41,436 nucleotides of DNA from an uncultured Rickettsiales bacterium (GCA_944392625.1 CALXXG010000079.1:1-41436); one strand, 5' to 3'. Positions 1 through 9,908 are shown, counted from the stretch's first letter. A program made the numbers and translations. The notes: a model not told the origin generated them from the letters alone.

Positions 1-127
1 TTCTGATTTGTCTTTGACTTCTTTTAGTCATGCAGTGTCTTTTATTAGCATTTTTAAATTTAATCTTTCCTGTTCCTGTTAGTTCAAATCTTTTTTTACA
101 AGAACTGTTTGTCTTCATTTTTGGCAT
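1..127 (-). CDS. rpmI: 50S ribosomal protein L35 (3' part outside window)
   Basis: Manual translation from ATG at 127: [42 protein letters not shown]..., typical bL35 N-terminus. Not in the ORF track. Confidence 0.95.
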   Translation of the reverse strand, partial: MPKMKTNSSCKKRFELTGTGKIKFKNANKRHCMTKRSQRQIR

Positions 128-278
128 TTCTTTACCTTAATTATTATAATGTATTATTACTAATAGACTTATATAATAGATAAAATTTTTTATAAATCAA
201 TAAAAATAAGCTAAAATTTGGCTTGATTTTCATTTTAATTCTGCTAAATACTATATTGATAGTTTAAGGAGTATAAAA

Positions 279-1757
279 ATGAGAAAGTTAGATATTGAAA
301 TTAATTTGAATAATATTGTATATAATTTAGAAAAATTAAGAACTATTAGCGGCTGTGGGGATAATGTCATACCAACTGTAAAGGCTAACGCCTACAATAT
401 AGGTATATATTCTATAGTTGATAAACTTTTAACAATTAAAAATCCACAAAAAAAATATTTTGTATTTGATTTAAAAGAAGGTGTTGAATTAAAAAAATTT
501 TTTCCACAACTTGAAAGTATTTTTATATTAAGCGGTATTTTTAAAGGAGATGAAAAATATTTTAAAGAATTTAATCTAACTCCTGTTATAAATAGTTTTG
601 AACAACTAGAAATAGTAAATAAAGCAGATATAAAAGAAATTGTATTGCAATTCAATACAGGGATGAATAGATCTGGTATAAATTTAAATGAAATAGAAAA
701 AATAAAAACCTATATTGATAAAAATAATTTTAAAGTTTTAATGGTTATGAGTCATTTTTCTTGCGCTGATGAAAAAGATAATGAAGTCAATAATACGCAA
801 ATAGAAAACTTTAAAAAAATAATAAAATATTTCCCAGATAAAAATATATTAAAAAGTTTTCCAGCAAGCGATGCTATTATAAATTTTAATTTAGATAAAA
901 TTTCTAATTCCTGCAGACCGGGATTAGCTTTATACGGCTATTATGAAAGCTTAAAACCAGCTTATTCCATAAAATCCTATATAGAAACAGATGGGGTTAA
1001 TTTATATTTGCCAATAGGATTAGCCAATGGTTTTACAAGTAAATATGGCGATGGAAATTCTTACGTTTTATATAATGGCGTCAAGATATTTGTTAATTCA
1101 ATAGAAAAAAATAAAATCATACTTGATACAAATGATAAATCCCTGATAAACAAAGAAGTTGTTTTGCTTGGAGGATCAATTACATATCAAGATTTTGAAA
1201 AAATGTGCGGGACAACAATACGAGATATAGTAGCAAGACTTATGTCAAATACGGATATTAATTCAAAAGAATTCTTTACAAATATTGAAAGAAAAAGAAA
1301 TATTGATGATAATCTACCTTTTAGGGCTGAAATAAAAATTAAAGAGAATGAATTAAAGGCTTTTTATTCAACAATACTTGAAAAAAGAATTGTTGAAGAG
1401 GATGGTATTGCTGGATATAATGCAACAGAAAAAGTTAAAAAGGGTGATACTTTAGCAACATTTTTTGGCGGTTATATTGATGGTATTAGCAGAGATATAA
1501 GCAATAGACAATGCACAGTATTTGTTGAAAATAAATTTGGAAAACTCATAGAATGTGAAATATTTGCTAAAATCTCAATGGATCAAACAATAATAAAACT
1601 TCCCAAGAATGAGTTTGATAATATAGACATTGGTGCAAAAGTTATAATATTTGATGAAAATCATCCGGTTGAAAGATTTGAAAAGGCTACAAATCTAACT
1701 AAGGAAGAACTGTTCTTTATGGCTAATAAAAGCGCTAGAATTAAAAAGATTGACTAA
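279..1757 (+). CDS. alr: Alanine racemase, elongated (duplicated C-terminal domain)
   Basis: PLP-lysine motif VKANAY, NTGMNRSG, MSHFSCAD, RPGLALYG, GYIDG, ISMDQ; AAGGAG RBS upstream; 492 aa. Confidence 0.85.
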   Translation: MRKLDIEINLNNIVYNLEKLRTISGCGDNVIPTVKANAYNIGIYSIVDKLLTIKNPQKKYFVFDLKEGVELKKFFPQLESIFILSGIFKGDEKYFKEFNLTPVINSFEQLEIVNKADIKEIVLQFNTGMNRSGINLNEIEKIKTYIDKNNFKVLMVMSHFSCADEKDNEVNNTQIENFKKIIKYFPDKNILKSFPASDAIINFNLDKISNSCRPGLALYGYYESLKPAYSIKSYIETDGVNLYLPIGLANGFTSKYGDGNSYVLYNGVKIFVNSIEKNKIILDTNDKSLINKEVVLLGGSITYQDFEKMCGTTIRDIVARLMSNTDINSKEFFTNIERKRNIDDNLPFRAEIKIKENELKAFYSTILEKRIVEEDGIAGYNATEKVKKGDTLATFFGGYIDGISRDISNRQCTVFVENKFGKLIECEIFAKISMDQTIIKLPKNEFDNIDIGAKVIIFDENHPVERFEKATNLTKEELFFMANKSARIKKID

Positions 1758-1778
1758 CCATAAAAAATATGATATAAT
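1750..1778 (+). promoter_or_regulatory. sigma70-like promoter
   Basis: TTGACT-17 nt-TATAAT with extended -10 TG. Confidence 0.6.
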
Positions 1779-1892
1779 ATAACGGTATTATTATATTAAC
1801 AAAATTAATAGTTATATTTATATATAATTATTAAAGGAGACTTATGATTTTAGTTAGTTTAGTGATTTTAACAAAGATAATTAGGAAAAAAT

Positions 1893-2831
1893 ATGCCAGG
1901 GAAGATTATAATAAGTGATTATGATGATACAATAGTTGATTATAGTGGGGATTATTTTGATATTGTTTTTACTGCTGTAATAGGTGAAGACGAATATGAA
2001 AAAATGAAAGAATTGACAAAAAAAGGAATAAATTGCGATTTTGTAAATGCATATATAAAAGAAAATAATTATAATAAAGAATGTATCAAAAAATTATGGG
2101 AAAATTTTAAAAAAACAAGTGTATATGAAGAATTAATATCAGCTAATAGCGAAAGAATTAATGGAATATTAGATAAAGGCAACGAAATTCCAGAAAATAA
2201 TGCTACAGAATATTATATGAATGAATTATTAATACCAATAGTTGCTGTGTATGATGTGCTAATTAAACAATGCAAGCCAAATGAAGCTTTTTTTTAATTA
2301 TATCAACAATCAAAAGAAAACGGAGATATTTTTTTAATAAATACGTTTAAAAGTCAAAAACTTATAGAAGCCGAACTAAAAGAATACGTTAATTTAAATA
2401 AAGAAAAATATAAGGCTTTTGAAGAATTAATAAATAAAAAACTTGTTTTAGGCACAACTGATAAAAGTTGTAAAGCTGATGATGACAGGATTAAAACCCT
2501 ATTAAGCAACCTTAATTTAAGCAAAGATAATACTTTAATTGTAATGGGTGATAGCTATACGGATTTAAAAAATTTTGAAGAAGCTTACAATTTAAATAAT
2601 AATTCACAGTTTCTATTTGTTCGCACAAGATTAGATAGACAAATAAAAGATTTTAACGAACAAATAAATTTTCTTAAGGAAAAAGCTGAAAATTTTAAAA
2701 GGGCTAAAAATAAATTAAACAAAGCTGTGAAAGAATTAAATGACGTTGAAAAGAAAAAAGAACAGTTTAAAGCAAATAATTTTAAATCTGGAGAGTATAA
2801 TGAATTAGCAAAAAGTATTTACATTTATTAG
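1893..2831 (+). pseudogene. HAD-superfamily hydrolase-like gene interrupted by a single in-frame TAA (2295-2297)
   Basis: Motif I (IISDYDDTI) in ORF 1893-2297. The same frame stays open after the stop (LYQQSKENGDIFLINTFK...KSCKADD...) into motif IV (VMGDSYTD) of ORF 2544-2831. Confidence 0.7.
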
Positions 2832-4489
2832 AATCTTCTCTGTATATTTTTTGCCTTATCAAAGTCAATTATTTCATAATTGACTTTTTTATTCTCTAAA
2901 TCTTTTATAACTTTAATATAGCCATACCTCGCCATTGTATCATTTCCATTAATATAAAATACATTATCTGGAGTGTTTGGATTTGTTATTGTATAGCCCA
3001 TGATTTTTGCAATTAACAGTCCAAGTTCATGATGGGTTGGTCTGAAAGTTTCTTTTAAGTTATTTTTTATTTCATTATTTTCAGTATATAGCATTATAGG
3101 CACATCACCACCTTCTGGGACTAAAGTTATATGCCCGAAAAGTCCATTTTGTCCTGTTAATTCATTGTGATCTGAGGTTATAAATAAATATAAAGGGATT
3201 TTTGAATTAGCTTTAAAATATTCAATTATTTGGTTTAAAATAAAATCATTGTATAGCATTGCATTATCATAGCTATTGTCAAACCTACTAAATTCTTTTT
3301 TTCTATGGGAATAATTTTTTTCATATGGTGAATGCAAATTTCTTTGATGCAAAACTATAAAATTTTTATCCGTTAATTTCTGTTGTTTTAATATTTGCAG
3401 CAACGCTTCATCTTTATTTTTTTCAAATAAACCCCTTTCATCCTCAAGAGTTATAAAGACATCTATATATTGTCTTCCTAAATTATTCATCAATCCACTG
3501 CTTTGGGCAGAAATAAAAATCGTTCTAAATCCTTGTTCTTTTGCTAATTTAAATAGATTTAACTGTGCTTCGGCCTGCATTCTATAATTTTTCGGCTCTC
3601 TCTGTAAATTGAAAAATGTTGGTATTGACTGTTGTGTTGATACTGCAGTAGATATGCCTTTTTTATAAACAAAATTTTTATCTTTTTTTGAGAGTTCCAA
3701 TAAATTTGGTGTTGTGTTTTTATTATAGCCATACAAACTTTGATTGTAATAGTTAAAACTTTCGCCGTATATTAAAACTAAATTCATTTTATCATTTATT
3801 GGTTTTTCTTTTTTTACTTCATAATCTTTAAATACATGTTCCTCATTATTGTCAATTGTAGATGGCAATATATTGAATAAATAGGCGGAATACATCCTTA
3901 AACCATTATATAACGATGGGTATTGTGGATTTGGAGATAGTTTTGCAATACTTACCTCTCTTATTGCCCTTAATGGCAATAGAGATAAAAATACAAAAAA
4001 TAAAATCCAAGCAAATTTAAATGAAAATAACTTTTCATGATATTTTTTTATTAAGAATATCATGATTCCATAAGGTATCAATACAGATAAAAACGCATAG
4101 TATACTTTGCCAATTGATCCAAAACCAGTTTCACTTATTTCACCAATTTCTTTAAATATTAATGGGATTATTGTTGGTTGTAAATAAGTTCCAAAATATG
4201 ATAAATATATTAATTGAGTTAGTTCAATAAAACCAATTATGGATAATATTGAATATATTAATTTTTTATTACGAATAAATAGAATTAAAATTGAAAGTAT
4301 TAAAGCTAAAGAATAATACTTAAGTGAGAAATGGACTTTATTAATACTATTAAAAAGTTTAAAAATATAATCGTCTGCTATAAAAAGAATTGAAAATATA
4401 AATATAAATAAACACTGAAGTAATATTTTTTGCAGTATTTCTTTATAATTTTTTTGTTGTAGAATGTGTTTTAATTTTTTAAATAGCAT
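2828..4489 (-). CDS. Phosphoethanolamine transferase (EptA-like, sulfatase superfamily)
   Basis: N-terminal TM helices; IYGES, catalytic Thr region (TAVSTQQS), LHQRNLHSPY, YDNAMLYND, TSDHNE. Confidence 0.85.
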   Translation of the reverse strand: MLFKKLKHILQQKNYKEILQKILLQCLFIFIFSILFIADDYIFKLFNSINKVHFSLKYYSLALILSILILFIRNKKLIYSILSIIGFIELTQLIYLSYFGTYLQPTIIPLIFKEIGEISETGFGSIGKVYYAFLSVLIPYGIMIFLIKKYHEKLFSFKFAWILFFVFLSLLPLRAIREVSIAKLSPNPQYPSLYNGLRMYSAYLFNILPSTIDNNEEHVFKDYEVKKEKPINDKMNLVLIYGESFNYYNQSLYGYNKNTTPNLLELSKKDKNFVYKKGISTAVSTQQSIPTFFNLQREPKNYRMQAEAQLNLFKLAKEQGFRTIFISAQSSGLMNNLGRQYIDVFITLEDERGLFEKNKDEALLQILKQQKLTDKNFIVLHQRNLHSPYEKNYSHRKKEFSRFDNSYDNAMLYNDFILNQIIEYFKANSKIPLYLFITSDHNELTGQNGLFGHITLVPEGGDVPIMLYTENNEIKNNLKETFRPTHHELGLLIAKIMGYTITNPNTPDNVFYINGNDTMARYGYIKVIKDLENKKVNYEIIDFDKAKNIQRRF

Positions 4490-4501
4490 TATTATAGATA
4501 G

Positions 4502-4524
4502 AAAAAGGAGGGGGCTCCCCCTCC
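4502..4524 (-). terminator. Rho-independent terminator of rubrerythrin gene
   Basis: GGAGGGG/CCCCTCC stem followed by a T-run on the minus strand. Confidence 0.75.
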
Positions 4525-4536
4525 AAAAATTTAATA

Positions 4537-5118
4537 TTAAAATAATACATCGCTAACTTCAATAAAATACCCCTGTGGATGTCCGCATGCAGGACAAACT
4601 TTTGGAGCGGTTTTTGAAGTGATATGAAAACCACAATTTGTGCATTTCCAAACAACTAGATCATTTTTCTTTAATAACTCTTGAGTTTCAACTTCATTTA
4701 AAAGTTTCTTAAATCTTTCTTCGTGGTAAACTTCTGCTTTAGCAATATTTTCCATAGCAGCTGCGATTTCAGGAAAGCCTTCTTCTTTTGCAATTTTTGC
4801 AAATTCTGGATACATAACAGAATTTTCTTCATGTTCACCATTCATAGCTTCCATTAAATTTTCTGCAGTAGTGCCAATTCTTCCTGCTGGATATGTAGCT
4901 GTAATTTCCAATTCACCACCTTCTTCTAAAAACTTAAAAAGTCTTTTAGCGTGAGCTGACTCATGATTTGCTGTTTCTTCAAATACTGCAGCAATTGCTT
5001 CATAACCTTCTTTTTTTGCTGTTGATGCAAAAAATGTGTATCTATTTCTTGCTTGTGACTCACCAGCAAAAGCTTTTAACAAATTTTCTCTAGTTTTTGT
5101 ACCAATTAATGATACCAT
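4537..5118 (-). CDS. rbr: Rubrerythrin
   Basis: AFAGESQARNRY, ExxH di-iron motifs, C-terminal CxxC...CPxC rubredoxin domain. Confidence 0.95.
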   Translation of the reverse strand: MVSLIGTKTRENLLKAFAGESQARNRYTFFASTAKKEGYEAIAAVFEETANHESAHAKRLFKFLEEGGELEITATYPAGRIGTTAENLMEAMNGEHEENSVMYPEFAKIAKEEGFPEIAAAMENIAKAEVYHEERFKKLLNEVETQELLKKNDLVVWKCTNCGFHITSKTAPKVCPACGHPQGYFIEVSDVLF

Positions 5119-5333
5119 ATGTACCTCTTTTTCATTATTACTAATTAAGTTTTAACTATATATAGTATTTAATTAAAGTCAAGTTTTATTAAATATATTT
5201 TTTATTATATAATATCAAATAAAGCAAAAATATAAAAAACAATCTAATATTTTATTGTTTTTTCTTGCATTTTTTATTTAAAATAGCAATACTTAAAAAT
5301 GATGTATTTGATAATAAATAATTATATTTAATA

Positions 5334-6830
5334 ATGGAAAATATTTTAGATTATGTTAAAGTCTCAGAAACTGCAGATGAGCAGAAGTTGACTAAATTAA
5401 AAGCACTAAAGGATGCTGGTATTAACCCTTACCCACACAACTATAAAAAAGACATTAGCTCTAAACAATTAAAAGAAACCTATGATTATTTGCAGGCTGG
5501 TGAAAAATTAGAAGATAAAGTTTATAAAGTTGCAGGTAGATTAATGCTTAGAAGAGACATGGGAAAAGCTATGTTTCTTGATATTCACGATGAAAATGGA
5601 AAAATTCAAATATACCTATCAAAACCTGAACTAAGTGAAGACGATCAAAAATTATTACCTTTATTGGATATTGGCGATTTTATAGGTATAGAAGGTTTTG
5701 TTTTTAGAACTCATAAGGGCGAATTAAGTATACATTGTAAAAATATTAAACTACTTTCAAAGTCTATAGCAAATTTACCGGAAAAATTTCATGGATTAGC
5801 CGATCAAGAATTAAAATATAGACAAAGATTTATTGATTTGGCTATGGATCCAGAAGTCAGGGAAGAATTTAAGAAGAGAAGCATGATAATAACTACCATC
5901 AGAAAATTCTTAGATGATAGAGGATTTATAGAGGTTGAAACTCCAATTCTTCAACCTATATATGGTGGTGCTAGTGCCGAACCATTCACAACTCATCACA
6001 ATTCGCTTGATATGACATTATATTTAAGAATAAGCGTTGAAACATATCTAAAAAGATTAATTGTTGGTGGTTTTGAAAAGGTTTACGAGATAGGAAGAAA
6101 TTTTAGAAATGAAGGCATGGACACAACCCATAATCCTGAATTTACCATGATTGAATGGTATGAATCCTATAGTGATTATAATGATCAAATGAGAAACGTT
6201 GAAGAATTGTTGGAAACTATAGTTAAAAAATTAAATAATGGTTCAACAATTGTAAAATATAAAGATATGGAAGTTGATTTTAAAGCTCCTTTCAAAAGAT
6301 TGAGTGTATATGATGGATTAAGAGAATATGCAAAAATAGATCCAGAAACAATTTCTAAAAACGAATTAATAAAAGAAATTAGAAAATATACACCGGATGT
6401 TGAAGAGAAAAAATCAAAAGGAGAATTATTATTGCAATTGTTTGAAGAAACATGCGAACAACATTTAGTTCAACCAACATTTGTAGTTGACTATCCAAAG
6501 GAGTCTTCACCATTAACTAAGATTCATAGAAAAAATAGCGAATTAGTTGAAAGATTTGAACTTTTTGCTGGCTGTGTTGAATTAGCTAACTCATACTCAG
6601 AGTTAAACGATCCAATTGATCAATACATGAGATTAAAACAGCAGGAACAAAATAGAGGTTTTGATGCCGAAGCTATGCCTATGGATGAAAATTTTGTTCA
6701 TGCACTTGAAATTGGCATGCCTCCATTGGGTGGTGTTGGCATAGGTGTTGACAGATTAGTTATGTTTATGACTTCAACTCCTAACATAAAGGATGTTCTT
6801 CTATTCCCAACACTTAAAAACAAAAACTAA
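5334..6830 (+). CDS. lysS: Lysine--tRNA ligase, class II
   Basis: OB-fold N-terminus, FRNEGMDTTHNPEFTMIEWY (motif 2), GMPPLGGVGIGVDRL (motif 3). Confidence 0.97.
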   Translation: MENILDYVKVSETADEQKLTKLKALKDAGINPYPHNYKKDISSKQLKETYDYLQAGEKLEDKVYKVAGRLMLRRDMGKAMFLDIHDENGKIQIYLSKPELSEDDQKLLPLLDIGDFIGIEGFVFRTHKGELSIHCKNIKLLSKSIANLPEKFHGLADQELKYRQRFIDLAMDPEVREEFKKRSMIITTIRKFLDDRGFIEVETPILQPIYGGASAEPFTTHHNSLDMTLYLRISVETYLKRLIVGGFEKVYEIGRNFRNEGMDTTHNPEFTMIEWYESYSDYNDQMRNVEELLETIVKKLNNGSTIVKYKDMEVDFKAPFKRLSVYDGLREYAKIDPETISKNELIKEIRKYTPDVEEKKSKGELLLQLFEETCEQHLVQPTFVVDYPKESSPLTKIHRKNSELVERFELFAGCVELANSYSELNDPIDQYMRLKQQEQNRGFDAEAMPMDENFVHALEIGMPPLGGVGIGVDRLVMFMTSTPNIKDVLLFPTLKNKN

Positions 6831-6835
6831 TTATC

Positions 6836-6888
6836 TATAAATAGAAATCATTATACTTCTACAATAAGTATTAAGATTTCTATTTATA
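6836..6888 (+). terminator. Long AT-rich hairpin after lysS (probable terminator)
   Basis: TATAAATAGAAATC...GATTTCTATTTATA inverted repeat with an inner ATACTT/AAGTAT stem. Confidence 0.55.
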
Positions 6889-7008
6889 CCAATACTAATA
6901 TTTCAAATTATTTAAGCTAGAAGAATATCATTATATATTATAAAATTTCTTGACTTATTCTTTATACTAAAATTAAATTAATACTATAATATAAACCTAT
7001 GATAAGTA

Positions 7009-8127
7009 ATGAGAATTGAATATTTTTTAAATAACGATGGTGTTTTAAACATTAAATTAGAAGGCAATTATTTATCATACTCTGATATTAAAGAACAAAG
7101 CAGCTTATTTAAAATAATAAGTTCAAAAAAGATAAAAGAAATTGATGTAGATAGTAAAAAACTTGAAAAATGGAATTCTACACTTGTAGTTGTATTTTAC
7201 GAGATTGTTAAAATAACAAATCAAAAAAATATAAAAATTAATCTTGATACTTTACCCGAAGGTTTTCAGAGACTTTTAAAACTGGCTTTTTCTTCAGATA
7301 GAAAAATGAAAAAACAAGATAAAAAAACGAAAGTTGCTTTTGTAGAAAAAGTTGGAGATTTTACTGTTAGCATTTATACATCGTTCATGGCAGGCTTTAA
7401 ATTTTTTATACAATTAATTAAATCATGCATGAGATTTTTAACTGGAACAGCCACAATGAGAGGTGTTGATTTTATGTTTGCACTTGAAAATTGTGGATAT
7501 AAAGCATTGCCAATTGTATCTTTAATAAGCTTCATGGTTGGACTAATTTTAGCTTTTGTTGGTGCCATTCAGTTAAAAGCTTTTGGTGCACAAATATATG
7601 TTGCTAGCCTTGTTGCTATAGGTATGGTTAGAATTATGGGTCCTGCTATGGCTGGTATTATAATGGCTGGTAGAACTGGTGCTTCCTATGCTGCTACAAT
7701 TGGAACAATGCAGGTTAATGAAGAAATAAATGCTTTAAAAACTATGGGCATTCCAATTATGGATTTTTTAACATTGCCACGATTTTTAGCTTTGACCTTA
7801 ATGATGCCAATCTTAAGCATGTTTGCTGATATATTTGGAATAATTGGTGGTGCTAGCGTTGGAATTACAATGTTGGGTATACCATTGCAAGAATATTGGA
7901 AATTATCAATGGATGCTTTAAGTATGAAAAATTTTTTAATAGGCATTTTCCATGGATACGTATATGGATGGGTAATATCATTATGTGGATGTTATTATGG
8001 CATATATTGTGGAAAAGATGCTGATAGCGTAGGAAAAGCTACAACAATGGCGGTTGTCGCTTCAATAGTATGGATAGTAATAGCAACAGGTATTATTACA
8101 TTTATTTGTCAGATATTTGGTTTATAA
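7009..8127 (+). CDS. mlaE: MlaE-family lipid-asymmetry ABC permease with N-terminal STAS-like extension
   Basis: MGPAMAGIIMAGRTGASYAATIGTMQVNEEINALKTMG and VGKATTMAVV motifs. Confidence 0.85.
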   Translation: MRIEYFLNNDGVLNIKLEGNYLSYSDIKEQSSLFKIISSKKIKEIDVDSKKLEKWNSTLVVVFYEIVKITNQKNIKINLDTLPEGFQRLLKLAFSSDRKMKKQDKKTKVAFVEKVGDFTVSIYTSFMAGFKFFIQLIKSCMRFLTGTATMRGVDFMFALENCGYKALPIVSLISFMVGLILAFVGAIQLKAFGAQIYVASLVAIGMVRIMGPAMAGIIMAGRTGASYAATIGTMQVNEEINALKTMGIPIMDFLTLPRFLALTLMMPILSMFADIFGIIGGASVGITMLGIPLQEYWKLSMDALSMKNFLIGIFHGYVYGWVISLCGCYYGIYCGKDADSVGKATTMAVVASIVWIVIATGIITFICQIFGL

Positions 8128-8191
8128 ATAATAATATATTGTTTTTTAAAAATATTCATAATATTAATAATTATTAATTAAATATATAATT

Positions 8192-8753
8192 AATGGAACA
8201 AAAAATAAATTTATAGCGAATAGCTTAGAATTTAGTAGTGGAGAGGAGATAAATAATTATTTAATAAAAAATAATCTGAAACGCTTAACACAAATAATGA
8301 TGACAAAAAATTAAAAGATTGCGAACTTACGGAAATAAGATTACCATTTGATATTATGGATGGTAAAGGTATTAAATCTTTTAAAATTAGTGGAAATAAG
8401 AATGAAAAACCTTTAGTAATTTTTGTAGACTCAAAAACTGGTAAATATATGATACCAGAGGATTTTTCAAAAGACAAAGCGGAAAAATAGCAAAACAACT
8501 TAAATTAAATGGCAAACCAATAGAATATGCGGGGCAGATAAAAGGATATAAAAGTGAAGATTTTTTGAATATGACCAAAAATGAACTTAGAAATTTTACA
8601 AAATCTATATTTCAAGATAATATTAAAAATAATGGTCTTGAAAAATTATCAACAGCAAATACATCAAATATTATAGACAAACCGATAGGAAATAAACAAG
8701 ATTTTGTCCAGCAGCAAAAACATTCTAATAAGCAAAATGGCTTATTAATATAA
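8192..8753 (+). pseudogene. Frameshifted remnant of an unknown protein gene
   Basis: Protein-like segments in successive frames (NGTKNKFIANSLEF... / SETLNTNNDD...KDKAEK / IAKQLKLNGKP...KQNGLLI*) joined by shifts at A-runs near 8270 and 8483-8487. Confidence 0.5.
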
Positions 8754-9083
8754 TTATTTAATAATAAAAAGACAAAATAAAAATTTAAACCTATTTCACT
8801 ATGGTTTGAACATATTTTAATAATATACAAAATTGACATATAAAAGCTATAATTGATATTGAACATTGGAAATTCGTTTTATAAAATACGGTTTGTAAAT
8901 AATAAATACACAATACAAAATAATATTTTGTTATATTTATACCATTATTATATTTTTTATTATTGTAAAAGTTGATAAGATATATTATAAATTATAACGC
9001 TAATATTTATATAAATTTTTCTTGAAAAAAATAAACTTAATGTTAAACTCAAAACATTATTAATTTTTATAAAATAAGAAAAT

Positions 9084-9854
9084 ATGAAGATGGATTGTTT
9101 TAAAGATATGCCTTGCAATTTAAAGTTTGCTTATGCGTTAATAGCTGTACTTTTTGTATTTAGTGTATTTAACCTATCTAAAATTGAAAAAAATGTTTCT
9201 GAAGGTTCAATAAGCGATGATTATATTGAAACTTGGATTAATGAAAATCCAGAAGTTATCTTAGAATCAGTAAATAGATTTGCTGTACAACAACAGGAAG
9301 AAATGGTTAGACAGCAGAGAGCGCAATCAGCAGAAAATATTAAAAATTTTGATAAAGAATTAAAAGATACTAAGTATGCTGGTGTTTTAAATCCAAAAGG
9401 AACTATTGAAATAATTGAATTCTATGATTATAATTGTGGCTATTGTAAAATGGCAGCTAGAAATATCAAACAATTATTAAAGAACAGAAAAGATGCTAAA
9501 GTTATTTTAAGAAATATTCCTATTTTAGGTCAACCTTCAAGATATGCTGCAGAAGTTGGTATGGCAATATTAATTGAAGATCCAGCTAAATACCCAGAAT
9601 TTCATGAAGCTTTAATGAATGGTTCAGCTAGAAGTAAAGAAGAGGTTAATAAAGCAATTTCTTCTATTGGTTTAAAACCTTCTAAAATTGAAGAAGTTTT
9701 AAAGAAAAATAAAAAAGAAATTGATGCAGCTATTCAAAGTAATATGGAACTAGCTAATAAGATTGGTATCAATGGAACGCCAGCATTCATTATTAATGGT
9801 GAATTAATACCTGGAGCTGTTGATGCACAAACATTAGAAAATATGCTAAAATAG
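9084..9854 (+). CDS. DsbA-family thiol-disulfide oxidoreductase (Com1/ScsC-like)
   Basis: N-terminal TM, ENPEVI helix, EFYDYNCGYCK, GINGTPAFII cis-Pro loop. Confidence 0.9.
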   Translation: MKMDCFKDMPCNLKFAYALIAVLFVFSVFNLSKIEKNVSEGSISDDYIETWINENPEVILESVNRFAVQQQEEMVRQQRAQSAENIKNFDKELKDTKYAGVLNPKGTIEIIEFYDYNCGYCKMAARNIKQLLKNRKDAKVILRNIPILGQPSRYAAEVGMAILIEDPAKYPEFHEALMNGSARSKEEVNKAISSIGLKPSKIEEVLKKNKKEIDAAIQSNMELANKIGINGTPAFIINGELIPGAVDAQTLENMLK

Positions 9855-9877
9855 TACCATAAAAAAATAAATGAATT

Positions 9878-9908
9878 AAGATCCACAAGAAAATAGTGGA
9901 TCTTTTTT
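9878..9908 (+). terminator. Rho-independent terminator
   Basis: AAGATCCAC/GTGGATCTT stem plus T-run. Confidence 0.75.

Noticed and set aside
2295-2297. Stop-codon reassignment explaining the in-frame TAA
   Set aside because: TAA terminates most conserved genes in this window at the expected positions.
8232-8866. Three minus-strand ORFs
   Set aside because: Better explained as shadows of the plus-strand pseudogene.
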